A stretch of 64,000 bases of DNA, from the NCBI GenBank assembly GCA_964594665.1, contig CAZQNY010000001.1:77030-141029 (forward strand). Reading direction: 5' to 3'. The first letter of the stretch is position 1. Each line of letters begins with the position of its first letter. This document shows positions 47,174 through 57,374 of this stretch, in pieces. The position numbers were made by a program, and so were the translations under genes. The stretch comes from an uncultured Bacteroidales bacterium. GTDB taxonomy: Bacteria; Bacteroidota; Bacteroidia; Bacteroidales; BM520. Under the pieces are notes generated by a model. It was not told where the DNA came from. It worked only from the letters and a program-made list of their open reading frames with translations, and did not search any database.

Positions 47174-47587
47174 ATGACGGGACGCCTGACCTTCACGATA
47201 ATTAAACCTGTGGCTGTTGCCGAACGACAAGAGGGTAAAATCATTGATGCTATCTTAAAGAAAGGTTTTAACATTGTGGCTTTAAAACGACATCAACTGA
47301 CACAAGAGGAAGCTGAAGATTTTTATACAGTACATAAAGATAAATATTTTTTTACTGATTTGGTAACTTTTATGACCAGTTCACCAGTGTATTTGGGTGT
47401 TTTGGAGAAGGAGGACTGTGTAGCTCAATTCAGGAAAATAATTGGCGAAACGGACCCCCGGAAGGCTGCATCTGGTACTATCCGCAAGCGATTTGGAAAA
47501 TCCCTGAGATCAAATGCTGTACACGGATCCGACAGCGATGAAAATGCAGCCAGGGAAATTGCTCTTTTTTTCCCTGAAGTGCTATAA
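47174..47587 (+). CDS. ndk: Nucleoside diphosphate kinase
   Basis: The internal ATG of the 250-aa ORF gives MTGRLTFTIIKPVAVAERQEGKIIDAILKKGF...NAVHGSDS (137 aa). The upstream part of that ORF is antisense to nrnA. Confidence 0.92.
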   Translation: MTGRLTFTIIKPVAVAERQEGKIIDAILKKGFNIVALKRHQLTQEEAEDFYTVHKDKYFFTDLVTFMTSSPVYLGVLEKEDCVAQFRKIIGETDPRKAASGTIRKRFGKSLRSNAVHGSDSDENAAREIALFFPEVL

Positions 47588-47591
47588 TAAT

Positions 47592-48098
47592 TTATGACGG
47601 TTTATACGATTTAAATGTCCCATCCGTATAAAAAATCATAACATTTTCAATTTCACGATTCCTTTCCTCAAAATTGGCTACACCTACTTTTTTCTGTGTA
47701 ACATTTGTGTCAACGGGAATCTCACTTGTATTTACCGGGTTCTCAGGCTCTTGGTTTACAGTATTGCTACTTTTACCCTTATCCTGGCTCGTATGTTTGG
47801 TTTCAATTGTATTCAATCCTGAAAACAGATCCTGTGCAGGCAATGCTTCCCGATTCTCTGTGTCCTGTGCACTCAACGGTTGTTTACTTTTGTCAACAGG
47901 GATTTCTGCTCCTCTAAGTAGCCAATCGGCATCAATTTCAGGAAATTCATCCAATATTTTCACAATAACATCAAGACTGGGCTTATTCCTGCCTGAAAGT
48001 ATATGAGACAGCGTAGAACGCTGTATACTAATCCTGTCAGCAAGTTGCGAAGCATTGATACCATTATCATTCATCAACTGTCTTATGCGGGTAATCAT
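47592..48098 (-). CDS. XRE-family helix-turn-helix transcriptional regulator
   Basis: The N-terminal HTH reads IRQLMNDNGINASQLADRISIQRSTLSHILSGRNKPSLDVIVKIL. The C-terminal half is low-complexity. Confidence 0.75.
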   Translation of the reverse strand: MITRIRQLMNDNGINASQLADRISIQRSTLSHILSGRNKPSLDVIVKILDEFPEIDADWLLRGAEIPVDKSKQPLSAQDTENREALPAQDLFSGLNTIETKHTSQDKGKSSNTVNQEPENPVNTSEIPVDTNVTQKKVGVANFEERNREIENVMIFYTDGTFKSYKPS

Positions 48099-48164
48099 GG
48101 CTGTTAATATTTATATGATTCACAAATATAAACATAATTTCACAAAAGTAAAAACACTAATTGT

Positions 48165-48197
48165 TTCACTTCTGTAACCGTTGGTTACTTGTGTGAA
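48165..48197. promoter_or_regulatory. Compound palindrome TTCAC-N4-GTAACC-N3-GGTTAC-N4-GTGAA upstream of the XRE gene (candidate operator)
   Basis: ttcacttctgtaaccgttggttacttgtgtgaa has both arm pairs perfectly symmetrical around position 48181. Two additional TTCACAAA direct copies lie at 48119-48126 and 48139-48146, 20 nt apart. Confidence 0.4.
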
Positions 48198-48342
48198 TGT
48201 GGATGGTTTACAATTGTGATCATTGCTTTGTTTACAAATGTATCCATCCCCCGTTACCAAGAATCAATAGATAAAACCAGTTATTAAACCTCCATTCTTT
48301 CAATGAAGATTTTATACACCAAAAAATAAAGACAATGGAAAA

Positions 48343-49971
48343 TTAGTTTATAATTACTTTATATGCTGATAATGAGGAGTTAGTGCCAATAATTAAAACG
48401 ATAATACCTCTCTGAGAGTTAGCTGAAAAAGATGCTTCTTTACCATCGGAGGAAATATAAAGATCTGATAAGGTTATTTCGCTACCAGATAAGTTATAGG
48501 CCTTAAAATTTGTAATTGCATCATCAGCAATAATAGAGATGGTATTTCCTGGGAACGCAGGATTTGGGTATACCCGTAAATTATGATCGGTTGAATTAAA
48601 AATATCTATATCAAGCAGAATACTAACCGCTCCTACCCCATCAGCAATTCCATATCCAAGCATATAGGATGGATTTCCTGAAGACCGTCCGGACTGTTTT
48701 AATGCACTACGGATCTCGATTGTGTTTTTACCCGGGTCAGCCTGCATTATACAAGCTGATAATCCGGCGATGAGAGGTGAAGCAAAAGAGGTACCACTAC
48801 CGAAAGTCATTCCACCAGTTGGCGTCGACACCAGATTTCCCTGCCCGAGGGCTACAATATCAGGCTTTATTCTTCCATCAAAGGTAGGCCCTACTGAACT
48901 AAACGATGCATAAGAGGAATCTGTTTTTACAGCACCAACGGTAATAACATCTACGGCATCAGCCGGAGCTGTGATATAGTGCCAGTCATCATCACCTTCA
49001 TTTCCTGCACTGGTAACCACCAGAATACCTTTTGATGCCGCTAATGAAGCAGCGATAGTAATTGGAGTTGTCTGGCCGTCCATATCTTCATACGAATGGT
49101 TTTGCGCAGGGTCATCAAAAAGAGAATACCCGAGTGAGGAGTTGATAATATGTACACCTGCACTATCGGCATATTCTGCAGCGGCAGCCCAATAATACTC
49201 TTCCATTAGGTATTCAGCATACACATCTTCTGTTCTCAGAAGATAATATTCAGCATCCGGGGCAGTACCAATCAGGTTTCCCTGATCAAGAGCGCCCATT
49301 TGAGAAAGTACAGCAGTTCCATGGCCGCTATGAGCATAAACAGATCCCCCGTCAATAAAGTCTTTTGTGCCCAAAACCCGATTCTGTTCATACAAATGTG
49401 AGAATACATTTATCGTATCGGCACCCATAAATCCACCATCCAGAACAGCTATTTTAATTCCTTCTCCGGTATAACCCAGGTCATGTAATGAGTCAGCATT
49501 TATCATGGCATTTTGAAGCCAGCTGTTTCCATATTCATAGTCCTTTGCAATACCAATTATCGAATTTTCAACTATTCCAAATTTCGATGTTTTTCTGCGC
49601 TCTTGTGCATTTGTTTTTACAATATCAATAGATGAGACAAAAGGCAGATCAATAATTTCATCTAATATGTCTAAATTCTCAATAGTAAAAAACGCACTAT
49701 TAAACCATTTGCTAATCAGTACTATATCAACATCAAATTGATTTAATACTTTAATGTAATCAGGTGCTACAGGGAGATCATTAAAATCAATAGGAATATT
49801 GTTTTTAGTTCGCCTCGATAAGGATTCTTCGGATAAGAAATCCTGAGGAGAGTCCCATAATTTTAAAGAGGCATTCTTATCAGAGAATTGAGCTTTATAA
49901 ATTTGCTGCTGTGCTGAAACTGAACCCGTAAGAATAAAGAGGAGTATAAAGAGAATTGTATTTTTCATCAT
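48343..49971 (-). CDS. S8 (subtilisin) family serine peptidase with a T9SS-type C-terminal sorting domain
   Basis: Signal peptide MMKNTILFILLFILTGSVSAQ. Catalytic triad contexts AVLDGGF, HGTAVLS and GTSFASPL. C-terminal domain LRVYPNPAFPGNTISII...YKVIIN. Confidence 0.85.
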   Translation of the reverse strand: MMKNTILFILLFILTGSVSAQQQIYKAQFSDKNASLKLWDSPQDFLSEESLSRRTKNNIPIDFNDLPVAPDYIKVLNQFDVDIVLISKWFNSAFFTIENLDILDEIIDLPFVSSIDIVKTNAQERRKTSKFGIVENSIIGIAKDYEYGNSWLQNAMINADSLHDLGYTGEGIKIAVLDGGFMGADTINVFSHLYEQNRVLGTKDFIDGGSVYAHSGHGTAVLSQMGALDQGNLIGTAPDAEYYLLRTEDVYAEYLMEEYYWAAAAEYADSAGVHIINSSLGYSLFDDPAQNHSYEDMDGQTTPITIAASLAASKGILVVTSAGNEGDDDWHYITAPADAVDVITVGAVKTDSSYASFSSVGPTFDGRIKPDIVALGQGNLVSTPTGGMTFGSGTSFASPLIAGLSACIMQADPGKNTIEIRSALKQSGRSSGNPSYMLGYGIADGVGAVSILLDIDIFNSTDHNLRVYPNPAFPGNTISIIADDAITNFKAYNLSGSEITLSDLYISSDGKEASFSANSQRGIIVLIIGTNSSLSAYKVIIN

Positions 49972-50017
49972 CTGATTATTTTTAATAAAACATATCCATA
50001 GGCTCAAGGTTCACCGG

Positions 50018-51109
50018 TTATGATACCGAGACGATGATTCCTCCACCCAGGAGGTCATTTTTTTCGTAAAAAACAGCTGATTGCCCGGGTGTAGGAGATT
50101 GAACAGGTTCGATAAAGGTGACTAGTCCTTTCCCATCCTCCATATAGGAGAAATGCCCTCTTTCACCGGCATGATGATAGCGCAGTTTAATAATAAGCTC
50201 TTTGTTTTCAGGGATACGTTCATATTTCAGAGCATTAATATTATCTATAATGATTTCTTTTTTAAACAATTCATCCTCTTTACCAATTACCACTTCATTG
50301 GTATCAGGTCGGATTTCATTAACATAAGCACGGTACCCCATAGCGGGTAGTCCTTTACGCTGGCCAATGGTAAAAAACATATAGCCTTCATGATGCCCCA
50401 GGAAGCGTCCTTCCTTATCAACAAAATTTCCATTATGAAAACGATTAGCAATGCCATCCACTTTACGTTTTAGGTATAAACGATAATCTTTATCAGCTAT
50501 AAAGCATACATCAAAGCTTTCTCCTTTTGAAGCCACTTTTGACAGTCCGTAGTGATTAGCCAGTTCCCGTGCCTGTTTTTTGGACATTTCAGCCAGAGGG
50601 AATAAAGTACGTTTTAATACATCCTGTCCCAATTGCCATAGCATATAGGATTGTTCTTTCAATGGGTCGTCACCTTTACGAACAAAGCATCGGCTATTTT
50701 CAGTAACTATATGCGCATAATGACCTGTAGCAATATAACTGCAGCCGAGCACATCAGCTTTTTGAATTACTGCATCCCATTTTATCACACGGTTACAGTA
50801 GGTACAGGGGTTCGGAGTTCTGCCCCTCATATATTCGTCAATAAAATTTTGGATTACCGTATTGGCAAATTTTTCCCGCACATCAATCACATAATGAGGG
50901 ATATTTAATTTTTGGGCTACTTCCCTGGCATCATCTATTTCCTGATCACCGCCAATACTAAGGTGTCTGCATCCCGGAGGCAAATCATCGGGATCCCAAA
51001 TTTTAAGTGTTACGCCATATACCTCATAACCTTGCTGTTGCAGTATCAGACAAACAACAGAGCTATCAAGACCACCACTCATTGCCACAAGTACTTTTTC
51101 TTTTTTCAT
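50018..51109 (-). CDS. mnmA: tRNA 2-thiouridine(34) synthase MnmA
   Basis: The internal ATG gives MKKEKVLVAMSGGLDSSV (PP-loop). Other blocks: RTPNPCTYCNRVIKW, ATGHYA. Confidence 0.93.
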   Translation of the reverse strand: MKKEKVLVAMSGGLDSSVVCLILQQQGYEVYGVTLKIWDPDDLPPGCRHLSIGGDQEIDDAREVAQKLNIPHYVIDVREKFANTVIQNFIDEYMRGRTPNPCTYCNRVIKWDAVIQKADVLGCSYIATGHYAHIVTENSRCFVRKGDDPLKEQSYMLWQLGQDVLKRTLFPLAEMSKKQARELANHYGLSKVASKGESFDVCFIADKDYRLYLKRKVDGIANRFHNGNFVDKEGRFLGHHEGYMFFTIGQRKGLPAMGYRAYVNEIRPDTNEVVIGKEDELFKKEIIIDNINALKYERIPENKELIIKLRYHHAGERGHFSYMEDGKGLVTFIEPVQSPTPGQSAVFYEKNDLLGGGIIVSVS

Positions 51110-51208
51110 AGCGATACTTTTTGCAAAAATACTAAACTGCAGAAACATGGGGTGAAATAGATTTGTTTATGACGATTTTGTATTTTCGCCGGTAATAAAT
51201 GATAAGCC

Positions 51209-51895
51209 ATGAGAATTGATATATTAACTCTTTTTCCGGGGATGTTTGAAGGGCCTTTCAGTGAGAGCATGCTAAAGCGGGCTTGTGAAAAGGGTATTGC
51301 AGAAATCCACATACATAATATCAGAGATTACAGCACAAACAAGCACAAGCGCGTTGATGATTATGCATATGGTCCGGGGGCAGGCATGGTAATGATGATA
51401 CAACCTATCGCAGACTGTATCGATAAGCTTCAAAAGGAGCGGCCCTATGATGCGGTTATTTATACCACACCTGATGGGGAGCGACTGGAGCAACCAAGGG
51501 CTAACCATCTGAGCACGTTAAAGAATATAATCATTCTTTGTGGCCATTATAAGGGTGTTGATGAACGAATAAGGGAGAAATATATCACCCTTGAGCTCTC
51601 TATTGGTGACTATGTACTCACGGGTGGTGAGCTTGCTGCCATGGTCATTACCGACAGTATTATAAGGCTTATTCCCGGGGTTTTAAGTGATGAAACATCG
51701 GCTCTGTCTGACTCGTTTCAAAACGGGCTCCTCTCCCCTCCTGTTTACACACGGCCTGCTGAATATGATGGCATGAAAGTTCCTGATATCCTTTTATGTG
51801 GTGATGATAAGAAAATTGAAGAGTGGCGATTTGAGCAGGCTCTTGAACGCACTAAAAAAAGAAGACCCGGACTACTGGATGATATAAACCAGTAA
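51209..51895 (+). CDS. trmD: tRNA (guanine37-N1)-methyltransferase TrmD
   Basis: [17 protein letters not shown].., then [11 protein letters not shown] and [11 protein letters not shown]...[16 protein letters not shown]. Confidence 0.95.
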   Translation: MRIDILTLFPGMFEGPFSESMLKRACEKGIAEIHIHNIRDYSTNKHKRVDDYAYGPGAGMVMMIQPIADCIDKLQKERPYDAVIYTTPDGERLEQPRANHLSTLKNIIILCGHYKGVDERIREKYITLELSIGDYVLTGGELAAMVITDSIIRLIPGVLSDETSALSDSFQNGLLSPPVYTRPAEYDGMKVPDILLCGDDKKIEEWRFEQALERTKKRRPGLLDDINQ

Positions 51896-51923
51896 CCCGG
51901 GACTGCCAAACAATATTTTTATT

Positions 51924-54233
51924 TTAACGAATAATCAGCTTTTCTATAGCAAGGTTACCTTCATAATCCTGAACATTAACCAGGTAAATTCCCGGCAGTA
52001 AGCCTGAAATATCCAATCGACAGGATTTTGATTCAGGATGAAGGCTTCTCACTGTTCTTCCTGTAAGATCAGAAACTGAAACAAGGTTCATTATTATCGG
52101 ATTTACAATCGTAACATACTTTCCATCAACAGGGTTTGGATAGAGAGTGAAGGAAGGCTCAGCAGTATGATCATTGATACCTACACCGCCGGCGCAGGAA
52201 ACTACGGCTTCCCATCCGGCTCCGGTAGTATTATAATCTGAATGAAAAACAAAAGTCAATGCACCGGCATCATTATCTGCGGTCACAATGCCCGGAGAGT
52301 CTGTACCACAGAATTTTCCAATTAAGGTAGCTGTTTCATCCTCGCCATTATAGATCTCGAGATAGTCATAGTCGCAAGAGCTTTGATATTCAACATCAAA
52401 AGACAGAAATTCACATTCGATCATTTTATTTTCTTCACCGGGATAAAAAGTCATTGAATAGTCTTCATTATCGCCATAGTTTGCATTAGCGCTGCCGCTA
52501 TCATAAAATATTCCGCCACAGGTTGTAATGGTGGTATTATTCATCACATATTCAAGGGAAACAGCGATATAATCTTCTTTTGTAAGAACCTGCACATTAT
52601 TATCGGCATCGTACACGGTCAGGGATACATCCCATTCACCTTCAGTATTCCACACGACAACCGGATTTTGGTCGGTTGAGGTAGCGGGAGAGCCGTTTTC
52701 AAAGCTCCACTCCCAGGAAACAGGGTTACCAAAGGAGAGGTCGAAAAAGTTAACATCTGTTCCTGCTGCAACCATTGTTTTATCAGCATAAAAGTCAGCA
52801 GTCAGCTCGCCGGCATCCATTTGCGCATTTATTTCTGTAGTGGCGTAGTTATCAATTTCGACACCAGAGATGGTCAGGGGCATATATCCCGGAGCCTGGA
52901 AGGTAACATCGTATGTTCCGGCAAGTATTGGGCGATAAAACATACCCTGCGCATTGGATTCAACCTGAGACTCAAGAAAATCATGATCTTCAATCAGAAC
53001 TGTTGCCTCAATGGGGTCACCGGTATTCAGATCGGTAACACTACCATGGATACCGAAAAGGGCCTGTTCCATATAATTAATCAGCGACCGGCGGTTATAC
53101 TCCCAATGGTCTTCCAGCTGCGATGCAGGAAGAAGTTTTGTGTTGGATACCTCTATGGTAACCTCGCGGCAATGGTGAAAATAGTTCATATAATCCTGAC
53201 GACATCCGTTTGTAGTGTACCATTGATATCCATTTGTTATTCCATCATCAAAACCCGACAGATAACCAGTAGGAGAATATTCCTGACAGGTATCCGCATA
53301 TTCGTGAGAGATCAGCTGAAACCATAAGTCATCAGCATGAAGATCGGGCCAGGTATCAAAAGGATAGTTGACCACTTCAGCACCGCCATGGAAATTTGCA
53401 GACATCACAAAGTCGTGATCTTCGGCAAACTGCATAAAGGCAACGGTTTCAGGTTGCCATTCATTACCATCCGGATGTGGTCCGTCCTGTGGATCCGGGT
53501 AGTTACGGTTAAGATCAACGCCATTGGCATTATATCGTGTTGCGCCCTGAACAGTGCTGTTTCCTCCGTTATAGGTTCCATCAGGGTTTGCATTGGGATT
53601 AATATAGATATCAAGATTATTTACCAGGTTTGTCACATCATCAAGTACTCCATAATTGGAAAGCAGGTAGTCAATTAAGGCTAACATTGAGATATATGGT
53701 GTGGTTTCATCACCATGCATTGTTGAAGTATAGAGAAATTCAGGTTCTCCAACCTGAGCTAAATCATTATTAATATGAGCTGCAAGGAGTTTACGCCCCT
53801 CTGTTGATTCACCAATTTCCACAATTTCACACAAATCCGGATATGTGGAAGCAAACTCATTCATAAGAGAGATGTACCCTTCATAAGTTGGGTAATAATC
53901 CCATTCCTGCAGCACCTGCATAGTAAAATTGCTGTTCATTGTTATTCCTGTTGCCAGCTCTGATGGTGAGGGGCTTAGAAAATATGGGATATTGAGTTCA
54001 AGGAACTGTTCAAATTCGGTTTTACTTGCATAGGCAAAGGCTTTATTACCATCAATATCATCAATGGAAATCATTGAGGACAATTTCCCAAGGTCAAGGT
54101 CTTCCTGCAGATAAAAGTAAAAGCAAATTTCCTTTTTATCGTCAAAAAGAGAACTAATTTCCGGCTTTTGAGCCCAGCTCAGGGAAATAAAAAAACAAGT
54201 AAAAAGTAGTAACAGTATTTTTCTCATCTTCAA
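51924..54233 (-). CDS. M14-family zinc carboxypeptidase with PKD, CUB-like and T9SS C-terminal sorting domains
   Basis: Signal peptide. M14 core (FLYTSTMHGDETTPY, NANGVDLNRNYP). PKD-like segment (VNFFDLSFGNPVSWEWSFENGSPATS). CUB-like segment (CDYDYLEIYNG). Tail FTLYPNPVDGKYVTIV...LIIR. Confidence 0.8.
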   Translation of the reverse strand: MKMRKILLLLFTCFFISLSWAQKPEISSLFDDKKEICFYFYLQEDLDLGKLSSMISIDDIDGNKAFAYASKTEFEQFLELNIPYFLSPSPSELATGITMNSNFTMQVLQEWDYYPTYEGYISLMNEFASTYPDLCEIVEIGESTEGRKLLAAHINNDLAQVGEPEFLYTSTMHGDETTPYISMLALIDYLLSNYGVLDDVTNLVNNLDIYINPNANPDGTYNGGNSTVQGATRYNANGVDLNRNYPDPQDGPHPDGNEWQPETVAFMQFAEDHDFVMSANFHGGAEVVNYPFDTWPDLHADDLWFQLISHEYADTCQEYSPTGYLSGFDDGITNGYQWYTTNGCRQDYMNYFHHCREVTIEVSNTKLLPASQLEDHWEYNRRSLINYMEQALFGIHGSVTDLNTGDPIEATVLIEDHDFLESQVESNAQGMFYRPILAGTYDVTFQAPGYMPLTISGVEIDNYATTEINAQMDAGELTADFYADKTMVAAGTDVNFFDLSFGNPVSWEWSFENGSPATSTDQNPVVVWNTEGEWDVSLTVYDADNNVQVLTKEDYIAVSLEYVMNNTTITTCGGIFYDSGSANANYGDNEDYSMTFYPGEENKMIECEFLSFDVEYQSSCDYDYLEIYNGEDETATLIGKFCGTDSPGIVTADNDAGALTFVFHSDYNTTGAGWEAVVSCAGGVGINDHTAEPSFTLYPNPVDGKYVTIVNPIIMNLVSVSDLTGRTVRSLHPESKSCRLDISGLLPGIYLVNVQDYEGNLAIEKLIIR

Positions 54234-54248
54234 AATGCGTTATCGTAA

Positions 54249-55136
54249 TTAAATATTGGTCTCAGAAACAAAGGTAATAATTTCATTGGATAATTTACGT
54301 GATACAGGGGCAAGAGGAAGTCGAACATTATCATATTCGCATAGCCCAAGGTTTTTTAATGCCACTTTCACACCTGAAGGGCTTCCTTCGCGAAAGATCA
54401 TTTCTACAAAAGGCAGTAGTTCATTATGAATTTCCAGTGCTGCTTGATTTTGTCCGTCAAGTGCAAATTGAACCATATCAGAAAACAAAGCGGGGAAAGC
54501 ATTTGACACAACAGATATAACACCATCTGCACCTAAACCAAGCAAAGAATACGTCAGTGCATCGTCACCGGAAAGAACTGAGAAGCCCGCTGGTTTATTC
54601 CGTAATATAGTCATTATCTGCATCATATCTCCGCTTGCTTCCTTTACAGCGACAATTTTTTTACATTTATATGCAAGCTTGAGAGTTGTGGCTGCATCCA
54701 TATTTTTGCCTGTTCTTCCCGGTACATTATAAATTATTACCGGAACAGGTGAGGCATCTGCAATGGCTTCGAAATGGAGGTAAATACCTTCCTGAGAAGG
54801 TTTATTATAATAAGGAACAACAGACAGGATGGCATCAATGTCGGTAAAATCAGTATCATTAATCTGATTTACAACTGCTTCGGTATTATTTCCTCCTATC
54901 CCGAGCACCAGAGGAAGTCCGTTACGATGTTTTTTAAAAACATCAACAACTTTTGTTCGCTCTTCTTTGGTTAACGATACTGCTTCTCCGGTAGTTCCCA
55001 TTGCCACAAGGAAATCTATACCGTTATGAGTCTGGTGGAGAAGGATTCTCTTTAAAGCATTATAATCCACCTCTCCTTGCCAATCAAAAGGAGTAACTAC
55101 AGCTGTTCCAGTACCTTTGATTTTATTGTTTTTCAT
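54249..55136 (-). CDS. dapA: 4-hydroxy-tetrahydrodipicolinate synthase
   Basis: GTAVVTPF, AMGTTGEAVSLT, YNVPGRTG and the Schiff-base Lys context VAVKEASGD are present. Confidence 0.93.
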   Translation of the reverse strand: MKNNKIKGTGTAVVTPFDWQGEVDYNALKRILLHQTHNGIDFLVAMGTTGEAVSLTKEERTKVVDVFKKHRNGLPLVLGIGGNNTEAVVNQINDTDFTDIDAILSVVPYYNKPSQEGIYLHFEAIADASPVPVIIYNVPGRTGKNMDAATTLKLAYKCKKIVAVKEASGDMMQIMTILRNKPAGFSVLSGDDALTYSLLGLGADGVISVVSNAFPALFSDMVQFALDGQNQAALEIHNELLPFVEMIFREGSPSGVKVALKNLGLCEYDNVRLPLAPVSRKLSNEIITFVSETNI

Positions 55137-55683
55137 ATTCTTTATTTATTTCTGATAGATAATGTAATGAGGTTTGCATAAATCCTTTAAGCCCGGATTT
55201 TTCCCGGGTATCGATAATCACATCACTATATTCCGAAATTGAATCATTCTGATTACTAACCCGAAGTTTTGCCGGAGAAAGAGCAAAAATATAATCCAAT
55301 GGTGTATTTTCATTTAGCGTATAATACAATAATACATCAAAATCATGTTTCAGGAAAGAGTCAGAAAATTCAGCAACAGGACGACCGTACCAGTTCACAT
55401 CTTTGCTTTTCATAAGGTCGTAGCTTAATTTTGGGATATAATAAAGTGGTTGAATATCCCCATAGAACAGCGCCATTACTTTAACTTCTTTTCCCTGTTT
55501 CTGAAGACTTTCAACAAATTGCGTAAGGTTTTTATAGGTATCTTCATTATCGAGGACAAATAAAACACCAACCGTATGGACTTGTGCAATATTACGGATA
55601 TCGCGTATACGATTAATTTTCGCAGCATCTTTGCTGATTCGTCGTAATGCCACTTTACGTTTTACATTATTCAGCAACTTCAC
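55123..55683 (-). CDS. Conserved hypothetical protein (186 aa) translationally coupled to dapA
   Basis: ATG at 55683. Its 3' end overlaps the dapA start by 14 nt. I recognise no family with confidence. Confidence 0.5.
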   Translation of the reverse strand: MKLLNNVKRKVALRRISKDAAKINRIRDIRNIAQVHTVGVLFVLDNEDTYKNLTQFVESLQKQGKEVKVMALFYGDIQPLYYIPKLSYDLMKSKDVNWYGRPVAEFSDSFLKHDFDVLLYYTLNENTPLDYIFALSPAKLRVSNQNDSISEYSDVIIDTREKSGLKGFMQTSLHYLSEINKEYEKQ

Positions 55684-55767
55684 AAGAGAGACAATTTAAA
55701 TTGTTAAAGTTAGTCAAAAGCATAAGAACAAGAAGTTTATCAACAAATAAACAGTGCATCACCGCTG

Positions 55768-57291
55768 CTAATTGCGTTTTTTCATTCTTTTTTCATAAGC
55801 TCTTTGTTTTTCGCGGTATCCTTTTCGTTTTTGAAATAAATCAGATGCAAACTCAATAGCAGTATCAATGCCATTTGCTAAATCATCAGCATTTTGTCCG
55901 ACAGAATAATCGGGTAACACGCCAAAGCCTGAATCGAAAGATGATGGGCGCAGATAATAACGATGAGGCACCATGCACTGTAAACCGGTATTTGGCAGAG
56001 AAAAATAATAATAATCATTAAACCTGCTTGCTCTGGAACCTGTTTCACCGCCAATCACAAGTCCTTGTTTATGATCCTGAACAATAGCAGCCAGAACAAC
56101 GCCACTGTTTTTAGTCCCCTCATTAACAAGAAGATAAAATTCACCTTTAAGGGATGTACCTCCGCCGGCAGGTTTCTTCACATCAGGAGAGTAAAAAGTA
56201 TTGGCATAATCCATACCCTTAAGAACCATTTTATGAGCTTGTTTGACCGCTTTTTTATCGCGAACAACTTTTTTCTGAGCCTTCATTATTTGTTTGAAAT
56301 CGCCTTTATAAAATTCTTTTGTAATGGGGCTGGCTTTTGCCTCAATAGCAGCGTAATGGCGGTAAGGTACATCAGTAACATAATGTAAAACAGCATCAGG
56401 TAATCCGGCATCATCAACAGCCAGGTCACGAATATCAATAATAATATTATCAACATTCGCACGTTTTATCCGGGCAAATGCCGATGAAAGAAAAGCCTTC
56501 AGCTCCTTATGCGACACATAGTCAGCGATTTTTACAATACCAAAATTTCGTTTGTCATCAATTGTGACTTCCAATATATTTTCATGAATATTTTTTGTCT
56601 TTCCTGTAGAAATATTCAATTTTTCAGCGCTGACACCATTAACATTGTATGTATGAATAATACCGTCATCTGGAAGGCGGATACCCAGCTCAAAAGGAGC
56701 ATCGAATTGATAGGCAGCCCAAAGCAGCAGGCCAAAGTCATGTTCCATTTCAGCCATTCGTAATGACTCTTTTGCTCCAGGGAGCAGTTGATTAAGCTTT
56801 TTGATAATACGTTTTGCACTGTAACCATTTATAGCAGATATTTTCGCACCTACGGGAATTTCATTAACAGGCAATAGATTTTCTTTAATAAAAATCTCAT
56901 TATCAATAACTTGCACTTTAAATGGGAAAAAAGCTCCATCGGCATTGATATACTTTTCCAGCACCTCTTTGGGGAAGAACACACGGGTATTTTCATCTCC
57001 GATTGCATTTACAAAAGGTAATAACTGGCTATAAAATGCAGTTGCGGAAATAGAATCTTTTAGTTCATTACGAAAAGTTATTAAAGTTGTATCGAATTCT
57101 TCAGCAGAAGTATACCAATAGGGTTTGGGATGTACTGACCGAAAAACACCGGTAAAAAAATTCAAATCTTCCTGGAGCTGAGTTTTTTCAAAATAACGAA
57201 TTTGATTATTAAGACTATCAGTTTGAGCACAGGCCCCTGACGCCAGAGCCACAAACCATAAAAATATCAGAGCTGTTGCTAATTTATTCAT
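55768..57291 (-). CDS. S41-family peptidase-like exported protein
   Basis: Signal peptide MNKLATALIFLWFVALASGACAQ. The block FYLLVNEGTKNSGVVLAAIVQDHKQGLVIGGETG parallels the S41 pattern vLvn..saSasE..a.alqd...a.lvGe.T.G. I could not verify the catalytic residues by eye. Confidence 0.55.
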   Translation of the reverse strand: MNKLATALIFLWFVALASGACAQTDSLNNQIRYFEKTQLQEDLNFFTGVFRSVHPKPYWYTSAEEFDTTLITFRNELKDSISATAFYSQLLPFVNAIGDENTRVFFPKEVLEKYINADGAFFPFKVQVIDNEIFIKENLLPVNEIPVGAKISAINGYSAKRIIKKLNQLLPGAKESLRMAEMEHDFGLLLWAAYQFDAPFELGIRLPDDGIIHTYNVNGVSAEKLNISTGKTKNIHENILEVTIDDKRNFGIVKIADYVSHKELKAFLSSAFARIKRANVDNIIIDIRDLAVDDAGLPDAVLHYVTDVPYRHYAAIEAKASPITKEFYKGDFKQIMKAQKKVVRDKKAVKQAHKMVLKGMDYANTFYSPDVKKPAGGGTSLKGEFYLLVNEGTKNSGVVLAAIVQDHKQGLVIGGETGSRASRFNDYYYFSLPNTGLQCMVPHRYYLRPSSFDSGFGVLPDYSVGQNADDLANGIDTAIEFASDLFQKRKGYREKQRAYEKRMKKRN

Positions 57292-57330
57292 ACAAACACT
57301 ATTTCTTTATTTAACAGCCAAAGATAAGAT

Positions 57331-57362
57331 AAAATGGCCATATTCGTGAAGAGTATGGCCAT
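57331..57362 (-). terminator. Intrinsic terminator of the S9 peptidase gene
   Basis: atggccata-ttcgtgaagag-tatggccat forms a perfect 9-bp stem. On the minus strand it is followed by TTTT. Confidence 0.65.
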
Positions 57363-57374
57363 ATGAGAAAGGAA

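Noticed and set aside
52821-53678. Two plus-strand ORFs (168 aa and 113 aa) inside the M14 peptidase gene
   Set aside because: They are shadow ORFs opposite a well-supported 769-aa CDS, and their translations show no motifs.
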